Assembly (NCBI GenBank): GCA_020341815.1
Contig: CP070837.1
Location: 892,064-956,063 of the forward strand
Origin: Candidatus Omnitrophota bacterium
GTDB taxonomy: Bacteria > Omnitrophota > Gorgyraeia > JAFGHF01
Direction: 5' to 3'
Length of the DNA stretch: 64,000 nucleotides
Part shown: piece by piece, positions 38,636-47,072 of the stretch
How the letters are laid out: each line of letters begins with the position of its first letter
How positions within the stretch are numbered: position 1 is the stretch's first letter
Program-made: the position numbers and the translations under genes
The notes under the pieces: model-generated
Database searches by the model: none
Told to the model about the DNA's origin: nothing
Seen by the model: the letters and a program-made list of their open reading frames with translations, nothing else

Positions 38636-40351
38636 TCAATCCTCCCTCCAGCTTATTGTTTCAGGCGGAGACAATTCTATCAAGACCGGTAAATATAAAC
38701 GATCGCGTTCGGTCTTTGCCCGAAGATCATGATTCATTATAATCTTACTGGTATAGATAATGGCTTCGTCCCGGCAGACAATATTGCCATTTACGGTGAA
38801 CTTCCCAACCCTTCCGGTAAAAGCGTGATTGTTATAGCTGACCGCATCCAGCGTAGTAATCTTGTTAGATGCCTCGGATATACTATCGATAAGCTCATCC
38901 GACAAAGATGATTCGTAATATTTTCTGGGCTCTTCCCCTCCCGTGCCGTCATCTTTCGCTCCTCCGTCAGCGTTTGTATAGATTCCGTCAAAATAGGGGT
39001 TGCCTTCTGCGTCATAGCCGGTGACATAACCGATATCCGCATCTTCAGCTTCAACGGTATAAGCACTGGTAAAAGGCGGCTGGAGATAATTTCCCACCGT
39101 CGACTGCCAGTCGGAAGTAGTGTAGTTGCCAAGAACCAGATTGCCTCGGCTGGCCAGACCAATAAAGTCTTTTTCGGCATTGGTCTCATCGGTCGTATCG
39201 GGGTTAACATCGGGCTTGGGCCAGGCCGGCGGATCTGCATAGGTAATATTGCCTACCACGTGGGTATTTCTGCCGCTATAGATTGTCCCCTGACCCGTTA
39301 CCACTCCTCTGATTACCACATCTCTTTCTATAACCACAGGCCCGCTAATCTCTATGGGCTCATCCTCTGTGCCGATTAAAACAACGCATCCGTCATCGGG
39401 AGTCCCCTCGATGCCATCAGGCCCTGCCTCACTGGCGTCATCGCCATAGACGGCATTTACTATCGTATCCCCTCCCTGAGAAAGGGTTCCGCCTTCGGCC
39501 ACAGCCAGGTCTCTATAGCTCTGCAGGTCACTCAGATAAGGCATTACTATTAAAGGCTGGCCGGGAAAACGCTCGCTGTCTCCGTCATAGCCATCGGGAT
39601 AACTGTAATCACCCGGCCCATCGGCAGTAGGATTGGTAGGCCGGGCCTGAAGATCGGCGCCAGCCCGATAAGCAGCTATGCTATCATTTTTGGTAACACC
39701 TGAAATATCTCCGTCGACTCCCAGTTCAGGATTTGCCGAAGCGTAAATATCGCCGTTTACCGTAGGGCTGCCATTGAAAGAAAAATCACCGTTAGAGCGG
39801 ATATTACCGTTTGCTATAATTCCCGTTCCCCAGAACCAACCCAGGTTATTAACGAAATAAGGATAGTCAAAGACCTCTGCGGGCCGCGAACCATAGCGAA
39901 GCACGGTTCTGACAGTGCGAGAGACGTTGGTGGCGCCAATAGTTCCTGTTGATTCCAAGACAACATCTGCGCCCCCTGCAGCATCTACGGTTGCAGAAAC
40001 AATGGTTACCGTATATGTCCCATCACCTAAAGAAGCGTCTGTCGGAGGACCGTCGTAATGTGGCTCAGGGGGGTTATCACCGCGAGGCTCGTTAAGTAGG
40101 TTAAACCAGTTAAAATCATCGGGTTGGGGATTAGGAAAGTTACCTGCAAACGTAACATATATTCCTCTGGCTGCATCATCTATTCCTGCCTCGGCCAGGT
40201 AAAGGGCCTTAATGGTATCTCTTTCTCTTTCGGCAATCCTCTTCTCCCCCACGCTTCGGATCAAAAAGGCGCTCCCTAAAATCGAAAGGACCACAACTAC
40301 AAGGTAGCAGGCGATAAGCATTATACCTTTTTTATCTTTTAAGGGCATCAT
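38636..40351 (-). CDS. Large PilX_N-family pilus-associated protein (571 aa; possible tip/adhesin component)
   Basis: N-terminal hydrophobic helix plus ERDTIKALYLAEAGID (PilX N-terminal domain pattern). Gly/Asp-rich beta region. Confidence 0.6.
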   Translation of the reverse strand: MMPLKDKKGIMLIACYLVVVVLSILGSAFLIRSVGEKRIAERERDTIKALYLAEAGIDDAARGIYVTFAGNFPNPQPDDFNWFNLLNEPRGDNPPEPHYDGPPTDASLGDGTYTVTIVSATVDAAGGADVVLESTGTIGATNVSRTVRTVLRYGSRPAEVFDYPYFVNNLGWFWGTGIIANGNIRSNGDFSFNGSPTVNGDIYASANPELGVDGDISGVTKNDSIAAYRAGADLQARPTNPTADGPGDYSYPDGYDGDSERFPGQPLIVMPYLSDLQSYRDLAVAEGGTLSQGGDTIVNAVYGDDASEAGPDGIEGTPDDGCVVLIGTEDEPIEISGPVVIERDVVIRGVVTGQGTIYSGRNTHVVGNITYADPPAWPKPDVNPDTTDETNAEKDFIGLASRGNLVLGNYTTSDWQSTVGNYLQPPFTSAYTVEAEDADIGYVTGYDAEGNPYFDGIYTNADGGAKDDGTGGEEPRKYYESSLSDELIDSISEASNKITTLDAVSYNNHAFTGRVGKFTVNGNIVCRDEAIIYTSKIIMNHDLRAKTERDRLYLPVLIELSPPETISWRED

Positions 40352-40360
40352 CCTCTCCTC

Positions 40361-40879
40361 CTAATTCCTCAAAGTAACCTGGAAATTCAGACTTGATTGT
40401 ATGGTCCGGCCCTGAAGAATATCCTTTTGGGCAGTAATATCTATTCTTATTTCCGAGGCAGAGACAGCGGTAAAGGAAAGCGCGCTGACATTATTAGTCA
40501 AAGCCCGTTCAAGATTTACCTGTTCGACATCGGCTCCATCAAAAACTTCCCTCAAGACCTCTCCATTACTCAACGAGTATTTAATATACCAGCCTGCGTT
40601 ACCTTCGGCCCCCCAGTCAGGATTGTCATTGATAGCAACCTGCAAGGTAAGGCTACCGTCTGGAGCAATGTTCACTTGGCTAGAGCCGGATCGGCGCAAC
40701 TCCCTGCTCATCCAATCCATCGCCCTTCTTACCTCCTGCTGCAGTTCAACTTCGGCCGTGTTCGTAAACCAGGACTGTCTGCCTGCGGTTAAAACTCCAT
40801 ATATTGCCCCCAAGACAACCGCGAAAGTGAATATGACAACCATCACTTCTACTAAGGTTAACCCCGCCCTTCTTTTCAT
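40361..40879 (-). CDS. Minor (pseudo)pilin with a prepilin-type N-terminal cleavage/methylation motif
   Basis: MKRRAG|LTLVEVMVV. Start relocated to the ATG inside the repeat element, with a good RBS. Confidence 0.7.
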   Translation of the reverse strand: MKRRAGLTLVEVMVVIFTFAVVLGAIYGVLTAGRQSWFTNTAEVELQQEVRRAMDWMSRELRRSGSSQVNIAPDGSLTLQVAINDNPDWGAEGNAGWYIKYSLSNGEVLREVFDGADVEQVNLERALTNNVSALSFTAVSASEIRIDITAQKDILQGRTIQSSLNFQVTLRN

Positions 40880-40930
40880 TACCTTCACCCTTAACTCTTG
40901 TGTAAGGCCTGGTTTTAAGAAGGGCGGGGT
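40861..40930. repeat. CCCCGCCCTTC...GAAGGGCGGGG hairpin element, copy A (embeds the RBS and start of minor pilin 1)
   Basis: One of four copies. Spacer subfamily shared with copy B. Confidence 0.7.
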
Positions 40931-40953
40931 AAATCCTTTTGAAAAATAGCTTC

Positions 40954-41493
40954 TCACCGCTCTGTCACCAATGTGGTTATCTGGGCCGGAGAGCTCAAAA
41001 CTCCATCATTGTTATCGTCCTCGCCGGCATCTAATATGCCGTCTAAATCGGTATCTTCGCCGATTTGACGGCCGCCTTTCTGAAACCAGGTAACTACAAT
41101 CCTCACCTGATAAATATCGGCATCGGGGGGCGCACCGAAGGGCGAAATGAACATTGCCCCGGCGCCATTAAGCGGAGAATCCAAAACTCCATTACCGTTA
41201 TCATCCTCACCGGCATCCAATACACCGTCTAAATCATCGTCTTCTCCGGCGGGATCAAAGAGATTAGGGGAGCCATTGACGAAAAAGTCATTAGCAATCA
41301 TATCAAAATCATCATAATTGCGAATTACCTCCAGCTGCTCCTGGGCTCCATACATGGCAATGGTGAGATTTCTTGAGGTCTCATTCAAGTTAGCGCAACC
41401 GATAAATACCCCTAAAAGACCCAGGAGCACCGCGACCAAGAGCGCCACCGCAACCATAAGTTCAACCAGGGTAAACCCCGCCCTTCTTTTCAC
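40954..41493 (-). CDS. Minor pilin with an Asp-rich DxDxDG calcium-binding-like repeat region
   Basis: (V/M)KRRAG|FTLVELMVAV. Four D-x-D-(L)-D-G-(I/V)-L-D-A-G-E-D-D-N-x-(D/N)-G-V-L repeats. Putative GTG start inside the repeat element. Confidence 0.65.
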   Translation of the reverse strand: MKRRAGFTLVELMVAVALLVAVLLGLLGVFIGCANLNETSRNLTIAMYGAQEQLEVIRNYDDFDMIANDFFVNGSPNLFDPAGEDDDLDGVLDAGEDDNGNGVLDSPLNGAGAMFISPFGAPPDADIYQVRIVVTWFQKGGRQIGEDTDLDGILDAGEDDNNDGVLSSPAQITTLVTER

Positions 41494-41544
41494 TGCCTTC
41501 GCCCTTATCTCTCGCACAAGGCCTGATTTTAGGAAGGGCGGGGT
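41475..41544. repeat. CCCCGCCCTTC...GAAGGGCGGGG hairpin element, copy B (embeds the RBS and start of minor pilin 2)
   Basis: See copy A. Confidence 0.7.
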
Positions 41545-41558
41545 AAATGCGCCTTTTT

Positions 41559-42569
41559 TCACTTATTGCTTACCCCTCTTAAAGCCAGACCGCAACCTAC
41601 CGCCAGCGTCGGAGAAACCTCATTCAACTTGGCGCTGTCGATGCCTGTAGAGTTGCCAAGCAATTTCTCCAGAGGATTCCATGTCTTAATCTCTCTGCCT
41701 AACTCGGCTTTAAAGAACTCAAGCAACCCAGGGATTTGAGCCCCTTCGCCGCTAATATAAACTACGCCTACCTGTCTTTCGAATTCACTTTCATAATAAT
41801 CAATAGAAACCCTTATCTCGCGAATTAGATTTGTCAAAAGCGGCTTTATCGTCTCAAAAAGCCCTTTTTCTTTGTTTTCCTCCTGCTGCTGCTGTTGTTG
41901 TAACAGTAGGAAATCTTCCAAGACAGAGAGGTCGCGGCTAAAAAATGGCATCTCTCCCTGAAGGATGCCTATATTCACCAAATCGAATTCCAGATTAATC
42001 AGGGCCGCCACATCCTCTTCTTTTAGCTGTGGGCCATTTACCTGAAAACAGTTTATTAAAGAAAAGATATTTACGTCGATAATATTGGGCTCAAGCCCGG
42101 CCTCGTGAATAAGCTCGACGAACTCCATTATTGCCTGCTTTTTAGCGGCCACCAGGAAAACTTTCATCCTATTGGAAGAACTCGCCACCCGAGGCGTAAG
42201 GATATGGTAATCCAGAACCACCTCTTCCATCTTAAAAGGGATATATTGTTGTGCTTCGTATGCCAGGGCCTGCCCGAGTTCCTCTCGACTCATCTTGGGT
42301 AAATTGATATACCTGACGATAACCGATTCACCCGAAACACCGATATTTACGGGATGAGCGGAAATCCCTTTTTCCTGGGCAATCTTTTTCAATGCCTCAA
42401 GCTTTTCTTCTCTGTTCTGTGGGGATTTAAGCGCAACACTGGCAAAATCAACAAGCTTAGGCCCGCCGGCAGAAGCGGTTAATTTCACCATATTGATTCG
42501 CCGCTTGCCTATATCTAACCCTATAGAAATAGCGGCCTTTCTCTTGAATATCAGATCTATCGCTTTCAA
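41559..42569 (-). CDS. pilM: Type IV pilus assembly protein PilM (actin-like ATPase fold)
   Basis: ISIGLDIGKRRINMVKL start motif and an FtsA/actin-like fold. Confidence 0.85.
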   Translation of the reverse strand: MKAIDLIFKRKAAISIGLDIGKRRINMVKLTASAGGPKLVDFASVALKSPQNREEKLEALKKIAQEKGISAHPVNIGVSGESVIVRYINLPKMSREELGQALAYEAQQYIPFKMEEVVLDYHILTPRVASSSNRMKVFLVAAKKQAIMEFVELIHEAGLEPNIIDVNIFSLINCFQVNGPQLKEEDVAALINLEFDLVNIGILQGEMPFFSRDLSVLEDFLLLQQQQQQEENKEKGLFETIKPLLTNLIREIRVSIDYYESEFERQVGVVYISGEGAQIPGLLEFFKAELGREIKTWNPLEKLLGNSTGIDSAKLNEVSPTLAVGCGLALRGVSNK

Positions 42570-42594
42570 ATTTACTTATCCTTACTTATTTTAG

Positions 42595-42623
42595 AATATA
42601 GCATAAAATAATTACTCTGTCAA
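42595..42623 (-). promoter_or_regulatory. Sigma70-like promoter (TTGACA, 17 nt spacer, TATATT) upstream of pilM
   Basis: Consensus -35 and near-consensus -10 with optimal spacing. Confidence 0.5.
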
Positions 42624-42674
42624 CACCTTTTGCTATCTTTCCTTTGCGGGCTTCTGAAGATGAATAAGGATTTT

Positions 42675-43157
42675 TCAATATGGTGCGGGCGGGCTGCTTG
42701 CGTCAGGTTCCTCTGCGTTGGTAGCGGTATAAGTGAGCTGGCCCGTTTCCATTATAAAGAAATTCTTGGCCCCCGTGCGGCCAAAAGAGCTTGGCCAGGC
42801 AACTATGGTAAAAGACTCATTGTCTGCTCCCAGCGTGTAAACATAATAATACCCCTGCATCGCCGTATTGGCTGTGATGGCATTGGCTAAGGGAATGGAA
42901 ATAAAAGGCGGGTCGGAGATGGGCAAGGTCAAATCGGTTAAGGCATTCGGATAGGTATGCGGAATGTTGGCACCATAATATCCCAGGCAGGCCTTATAAA
43001 GCGTGCGCATATTGCCGACTGCGGCCACTTCATTGGCATTTACTCTTGAACGAGCCATCTGAGGAATGGTGATAGTAGCTAAAAGCGCAATCAAGGCAGC
43101 TATTATCATTATCTCGACTAAAGTAAAGCCCCTATGTCTAGTTATAAATATTTTCAT
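42675..43157 (-). CDS. Type IV major-pilin-like protein, paralog of PilA
   Basis: MKIFITRHRG|FTLVEIMIIAALIALLA, and ...IPQMARSRVNANE parallels PilA. Confidence 0.8.
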   Translation of the reverse strand: MKIFITRHRGFTLVEIMIIAALIALLATITIPQMARSRVNANEVAAVGNMRTLYKACLGYYGANIPHTYPNALTDLTLPISDPPFISIPLANAITANTAMQGYYYVYTLGADNESFTIVAWPSSFGRTGAKNFFIMETGQLTYTATNAEEPDASSPPAPY

Positions 43158-43202
43158 TAAGCTACTCCCCCTATCCTTTTCCCCTTATTTTATTATCTTA
43201 TT

Positions 43203-43235
43203 ATAATATAATACACGAAATTTTTCAAACGTCAA
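43203..43235 (-). promoter_or_regulatory. Promoter-like region (TTGACG...TATATT/TATAAT) for the second major-pilin paralog
   Basis: By-eye match. Spacing is ambiguous. Confidence 0.35.
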
Positions 43236-43295
43236 GAAAAATCTGCTCGCGGAAGAAGCTAACCTATTATGCCGACGAGGAATGTCCTGTAGAAA

Positions 43296-43331
43296 TAAAA
43301 AAGCCCTGTACCGTACGGTACAGGGCTTTTT
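43296..43331 (-). terminator. Strong bidirectional Rho-independent terminator after pilA
   Basis: AAAAAAGCCCTGTACCGTACGGTACAGGGCTTTTTC. Perfect 12 bp stem with A-run and T-run flanks. Confidence 0.85.
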
Positions 43332-43360
43332 CAACAATCTCTGATTGTCTCGTATCCGCC

Positions 43361-43921
43361 TTATTCGGCTACCACCCAACCTGCGGCTATCAGCGCTGCA
43401 GCGCCATAGGCACCTGCAGGCACATCAAGTGTATCCAGACCATAGACTACGCCTTGTTCGTCAATATAAAAACAGCGTACGCCTGAGGTCTGGTATGCAA
43501 GCGGAGTAGCATCTATCCAGAACCGCTCAATTATAGCGTCACCGTCTGAGTCCTGAGGGTTGTAGGTAAAATCATAACCCGACCTTCTCGGTGGGTTATT
43601 AGGACCTGCAATCTCACTCCACTGCAACTCAAGATACGGCGGCTCAGGGGGAGCAATCGAATTTGAAGTCAAGGCATCAAACCCGGCTCCGGCTGCTCCT
43701 GCTGCACCCGGATAGGTAGGTACGCCCTGAGTGATATTAGCTCCGGCAAATGAATTGAGACCAGCACAAAGGGTCTTCAAAGTATTTACCGTAGCGTTCT
43801 CATTGGCGTTAAGCCTGGCTCTGAGCAAGTTCGGGATAGCAATCGCGGCTAATAAAGCTATGATAGCAACGACAATCATGATTTCTACTAACGTAAAGCC
43901 TTTGCGATTTAGCTTAGACAT
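43361..43921 (-). CDS. pilA: Type IV major pilin PilA
   Basis: MSKLNRKG|FTLVEIMIVVAIIALLAAIAIPNLLRAR. Own terminator. Confidence 0.85.
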   Translation of the reverse strand: MSKLNRKGFTLVEIMIVVAIIALLAAIAIPNLLRARLNANENATVNTLKTLCAGLNSFAGANITQGVPTYPGAAGAAGAGFDALTSNSIAPPEPPYLELQWSEIAGPNNPPRRSGYDFTYNPQDSDGDAIIERFWIDATPLAYQTSGVRCFYIDEQGVVYGLDTLDVPAGAYGAAALIAAGWVVAE

Positions 43922-44040
43922 CCTCGTTTACCTCCTTCCTTCCCAAATGGGTTACACTGGATGCCGCCTTCTCGAGAATTTGACGCCAAAAGCCTATTTA
44001 TTATAACCCGCATCTCGTTCACGCCCTACGGCAACTCAGC

Positions 44041-44066
44041 GTAGAAGGACACACCCGTCCTTCTAC
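44041..44066 (-). promoter_or_regulatory. Perfect 10 bp stem hairpin in the pilC-pilA intergenic / pilA leader
   Basis: GTAGAAGGAC-acaccc-GTCCTTCTAC. No U-tract, so it is not a canonical terminator. Confidence 0.3.
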
Positions 44067-44143
44067 CATAGAGTGTATCACCCAATATTTCCTCTGTCAA
44101 GGACTTTTTAAGGTCGTGATCTATTATATAATTATATAATATA

Positions 44144-45337
44144 TTATAACAACCTGCTAATCGTAAGGATAGGCAGAAACATCGCCGCCACAATACCCCC
44201 TACCACTACGCCTAAAAACACAATAACTATCGGCTCGATCAGGGAGGTTAAGCTGCTAACGGCAGTATCTACCTGCTCTTCGTAAAACTCGGAAATCTTG
44301 GTCAACATCTTCTCCAATTCCCCTGTCTGCTCACCCACCCCGATCATCCGGGTAACCATCGGCGGAAAGACCCCGCTTCTGGCTAAGGGCTCGGCGATAT
44401 TTTCTCCCTCACGGATATTTGTACGCACCGCATTCACCGCCGTCTCAATCACCTTATTTCCTGATGTCCTGGCGGTAATCTCCAAAGCATTGAGAATGGG
44501 CACCCCGCTCCTGACCAGCGTGGATAAGGTGCGGGAAAACCGGGCAATAGCTACTTTTCGCAAAAGGATACCGACGACGGGTAGCCGCAACATTGTCTTA
44601 TCCAGCTGTATCCGCGCCTTTTCAGTGCGAATAATTCTTGAAAGAAGGAAGCCGAAGAAAAACAGACCTCCGAAAAGAACAGGCGCACTGCGTCGGGCGA
44701 AATTACTAACGGCGATCAGTGCCTGCGTAATCTTAGGCAACTCTCCCCCTAAGGTGTCAAATATTCCTTTAAACGTGGGCACTACTTTAAAAATCAAGAT
44801 ACCGGTAATAAGCGCTGCCATTGAAACAACCAGAGCCGGATAAATAAAGCTTGACTTTACCTTATGCACAAGCGCGCTGCTTTTCTCTAAATAGCTGGCT
44901 AATCTCTCCAGGATATCGTCGAGCGTTCCACTGGACTCACCAGCCCTGACCATATGCACAAAAAGTTCGGAAAAGATTTGCGGATGGTGCGACAAGGCCT
45001 CGGACAGGCTGCTGCCTGTCTCTATATTATCTCTCAAACTGGCAATCACTGCCCGAAAATCGGGCTTTTGAATTTGCTCAACCAAAACATCCAGAGCCTG
45101 AACCAAGGGGATACCGCTATCCACCATTGTAGCCAACTGCCGGGAAAAAATCACCAAATCATCTATCTTTACCTTTGCCTTGGAGGCCAGCTTCAAGGTT
45201 TTTGTCTCTGTCACCGAAATAACAATCAGGCCCTTTTTGCGCAGCAAATCAATCAGGGTAGCCTGATCTTTACATTGCAGGGTGGCGATAATGGTTCTTG
45301 CTCGCTGGTCTTTGGCTACATATTTGAAATTCGGCAT
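44144..45337 (-). CDS. pilC: Type IV pilus inner-membrane platform protein PilC (GspF family)
   Basis: Full-length GspF/PilC. Confidence 0.9.
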   Translation of the reverse strand: MPNFKYVAKDQRARTIIATLQCKDQATLIDLLRKKGLIVISVTETKTLKLASKAKVKIDDLVIFSRQLATMVDSGIPLVQALDVLVEQIQKPDFRAVIASLRDNIETGSSLSEALSHHPQIFSELFVHMVRAGESSGTLDDILERLASYLEKSSALVHKVKSSFIYPALVVSMAALITGILIFKVVPTFKGIFDTLGGELPKITQALIAVSNFARRSAPVLFGGLFFFGFLLSRIIRTEKARIQLDKTMLRLPVVGILLRKVAIARFSRTLSTLVRSGVPILNALEITARTSGNKVIETAVNAVRTNIREGENIAEPLARSGVFPPMVTRMIGVGEQTGELEKMLTKISEFYEEQVDTAVSSLTSLIEPIVIVFLGVVVGGIVAAMFLPILTISRLL

Positions 45338-45357
45338 TTTTTCAGCCCCCCTAAAAA

Positions 45358-47055
45358 TTACTCATCGGCAGTCATTCGCAATACCTCTTCCAGGGTTGTC
45401 TCACCCCGAATGAATTTCTCTAATCCGTTCTCACGCAGAACCTTCATCCCCTGTCTACGGGCATAATCTTTAATCTGGTTACTGGGGGCACCTTTGATGA
45501 TCATTTCACGAAGCTTATCGTCCATAACCAGGACTTCCAATGTACCCATACGGCCGTAATAACCCGTCTGATTACACCTGGCGCATCCCTTTCCGTGATA
45601 GAATTTACTATCCTTTGCCACTTTCACTCCCAGCTTATCCAGCGTTGCCCGGGGTACATCGACAGGCTCTTTGCAATTCGGACATATGCGCCGGCAGAGC
45701 CGCTGTGCGGCTATCAGAATTACCGATGAGGCAATCAAAAAAGGCTCCACCCCCATATCGATTAAGCGGGTAACTGCCGAGGCGGCATCATTTGTATGTA
45801 ATGTACTTAAGACCAGCTCCCCCGTTAAGGCGGCTTTCACGGCAATATCCGCAGTTTCTCCATCGCGAATCTCCCCCACCATAATCACGTCCGGGCTCTG
45901 TCTCAAAAGTGCGCGCAGACCATTGGCAAAGGTAAGGCCGATTTCCGGCTTGGTCTGGATTTGGGTAACCCTCTCCACCTGGTATTCCACGGGGTCCTCT
46001 ATGGTAATGATATTCTTATCTGTAGTATTCAATTGGCTGAGGACCGAATAAAGGGTGGTTGATTTCCCGCAACCCGTAGGCCCAGTCAAAAGAATCATTC
46101 CGTATGGCTTGGCAATAGCATCCTTAAAAGCCTCAAGAGAAGCGGGCAGAAATCCCAAATTATCAAGCCCCAGAGATAAATTTGACTTATCCAGCGCCCT
46201 TAAAACACATTTGCCGCCAAAGCTTGTGGGTAAAAATGAGACACGAAAATCGATTTCTTTCTGGCCCATGCTAACCTTAAAGCGGCCGTCCTGAGGAAGG
46301 CGCTTCTGGGTAATATCCAGATTGGACATAATTTTCAGCCTGGTAATAAGGGCATTTTGCAGCTTTTTGGGTAGAGCATAAAACTCATGTAAAATGCCAT
46401 CGATGCGGTAACGAATACGCAGCCTGTCCTCAAAGGGTTCAAGATGAATATCGCTGGCCCGGCTCTTCAAGGCCTCATTGATAATTACATCTACCAATTT
46501 TATAATCGGGGCCTCTTTACCATCTTTGGTCATCTCAGCCAAATCGGCAATATTCAATCCCGCTACGGTTTTTTTTCGCTCTTTCTTTACTATGTCGGCC
46601 ATCTCCTCCATGCCCGGCGCATAATACCTCTCGATAGCCTGGAGAATATCATCGGCGGTGGTAACCATAGTCTGCACTTCCGATTTGGTCAATGCCTTAA
46701 CATCATCCAGGGCAAAGATATTTAAGGGGTCACTCATTGCCACGCTGACTACATTTTTAATCTTAGAAACAGGTATCACCAGATAATGGCGCGCTACGCG
46801 TTCGGGAATAAGCTTAACCACCGCAGGATCTATTTTGTACCTGGAGAGATTTATCGGAGGGATGCCCAATTGCGCGCCCAGACAAACCATCAAGTCCTTC
46901 TGGGATACCATCTTTTGCTCAATCAAGATTTTGCTTAGACTGCCTCCTTCTTCCTTCTGAATCTTTAAGGCCTTCTTGAGATCTTTCTCGCTAAGCAGGT
47001 TATTCTTCAGAAGCACTTCATTAATTTTCTTCTTTAGAGCAATTAGCTTGGGCAT
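45358..47055 (-). CDS. pilB: Type IV pilus assembly ATPase PilB (GspE family, N-terminal MshEN domain)
   Basis: Walker A GPTGCGKSTT, Asp/His boxes, tetracysteine. N-terminal LxxxxLxxxxLxxALxxQ repeats. Confidence 0.9.
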   Translation of the reverse strand: MPKLIALKKKINEVLLKNNLLSEKDLKKALKIQKEEGGSLSKILIEQKMVSQKDLMVCLGAQLGIPPINLSRYKIDPAVVKLIPERVARHYLVIPVSKIKNVVSVAMSDPLNIFALDDVKALTKSEVQTMVTTADDILQAIERYYAPGMEEMADIVKKERKKTVAGLNIADLAEMTKDGKEAPIIKLVDVIINEALKSRASDIHLEPFEDRLRIRYRIDGILHEFYALPKKLQNALITRLKIMSNLDITQKRLPQDGRFKVSMGQKEIDFRVSFLPTSFGGKCVLRALDKSNLSLGLDNLGFLPASLEAFKDAIAKPYGMILLTGPTGCGKSTTLYSVLSQLNTTDKNIITIEDPVEYQVERVTQIQTKPEIGLTFANGLRALLRQSPDVIMVGEIRDGETADIAVKAALTGELVLSTLHTNDAASAVTRLIDMGVEPFLIASSVILIAAQRLCRRICPNCKEPVDVPRATLDKLGVKVAKDSKFYHGKGCARCNQTGYYGRMGTLEVLVMDDKLREMIIKGAPSNQIKDYARRQGMKVLRENGLEKFIRGETTLEEVLRMTADE

Positions 47056-47072
47056 CTTTAAACCTCTCCTCT

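Noticed and set aside
40861-41562. Apparent long conserved leader peptide (FTPPFLK(P/S)GL..E.R.K..KRRAG) on both minor pilins, as if they were type IVb-like prepilins with 29 aa leaders
   Set aside because: The conservation is at the nucleotide level and belongs to the four-copy CCCCGCCCTTC/GAAGGGCGGGG hairpin element, which also occurs upstream of mreD and lspA where it is non-coding. Good RBSs precede the internal ATG/GTG, giving normal short KRRAG leaders.
43185-43379. 64 aa minus-strand ORF between the two major-pilin genes
   Set aside because: It spans the strong pilA terminator hairpin and the promoter region of the next gene. No RBS. Low-complexity basic sequence.
43961-44100. Sigma54 (GG-N10-GC) promoter upstream of pilA
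   Set aside because: No TGGCAC-N5-TTGCA-like match found. Only a weak TTGACA-17-TACACT sigma70-like candidate and a non-terminator hairpin are present.
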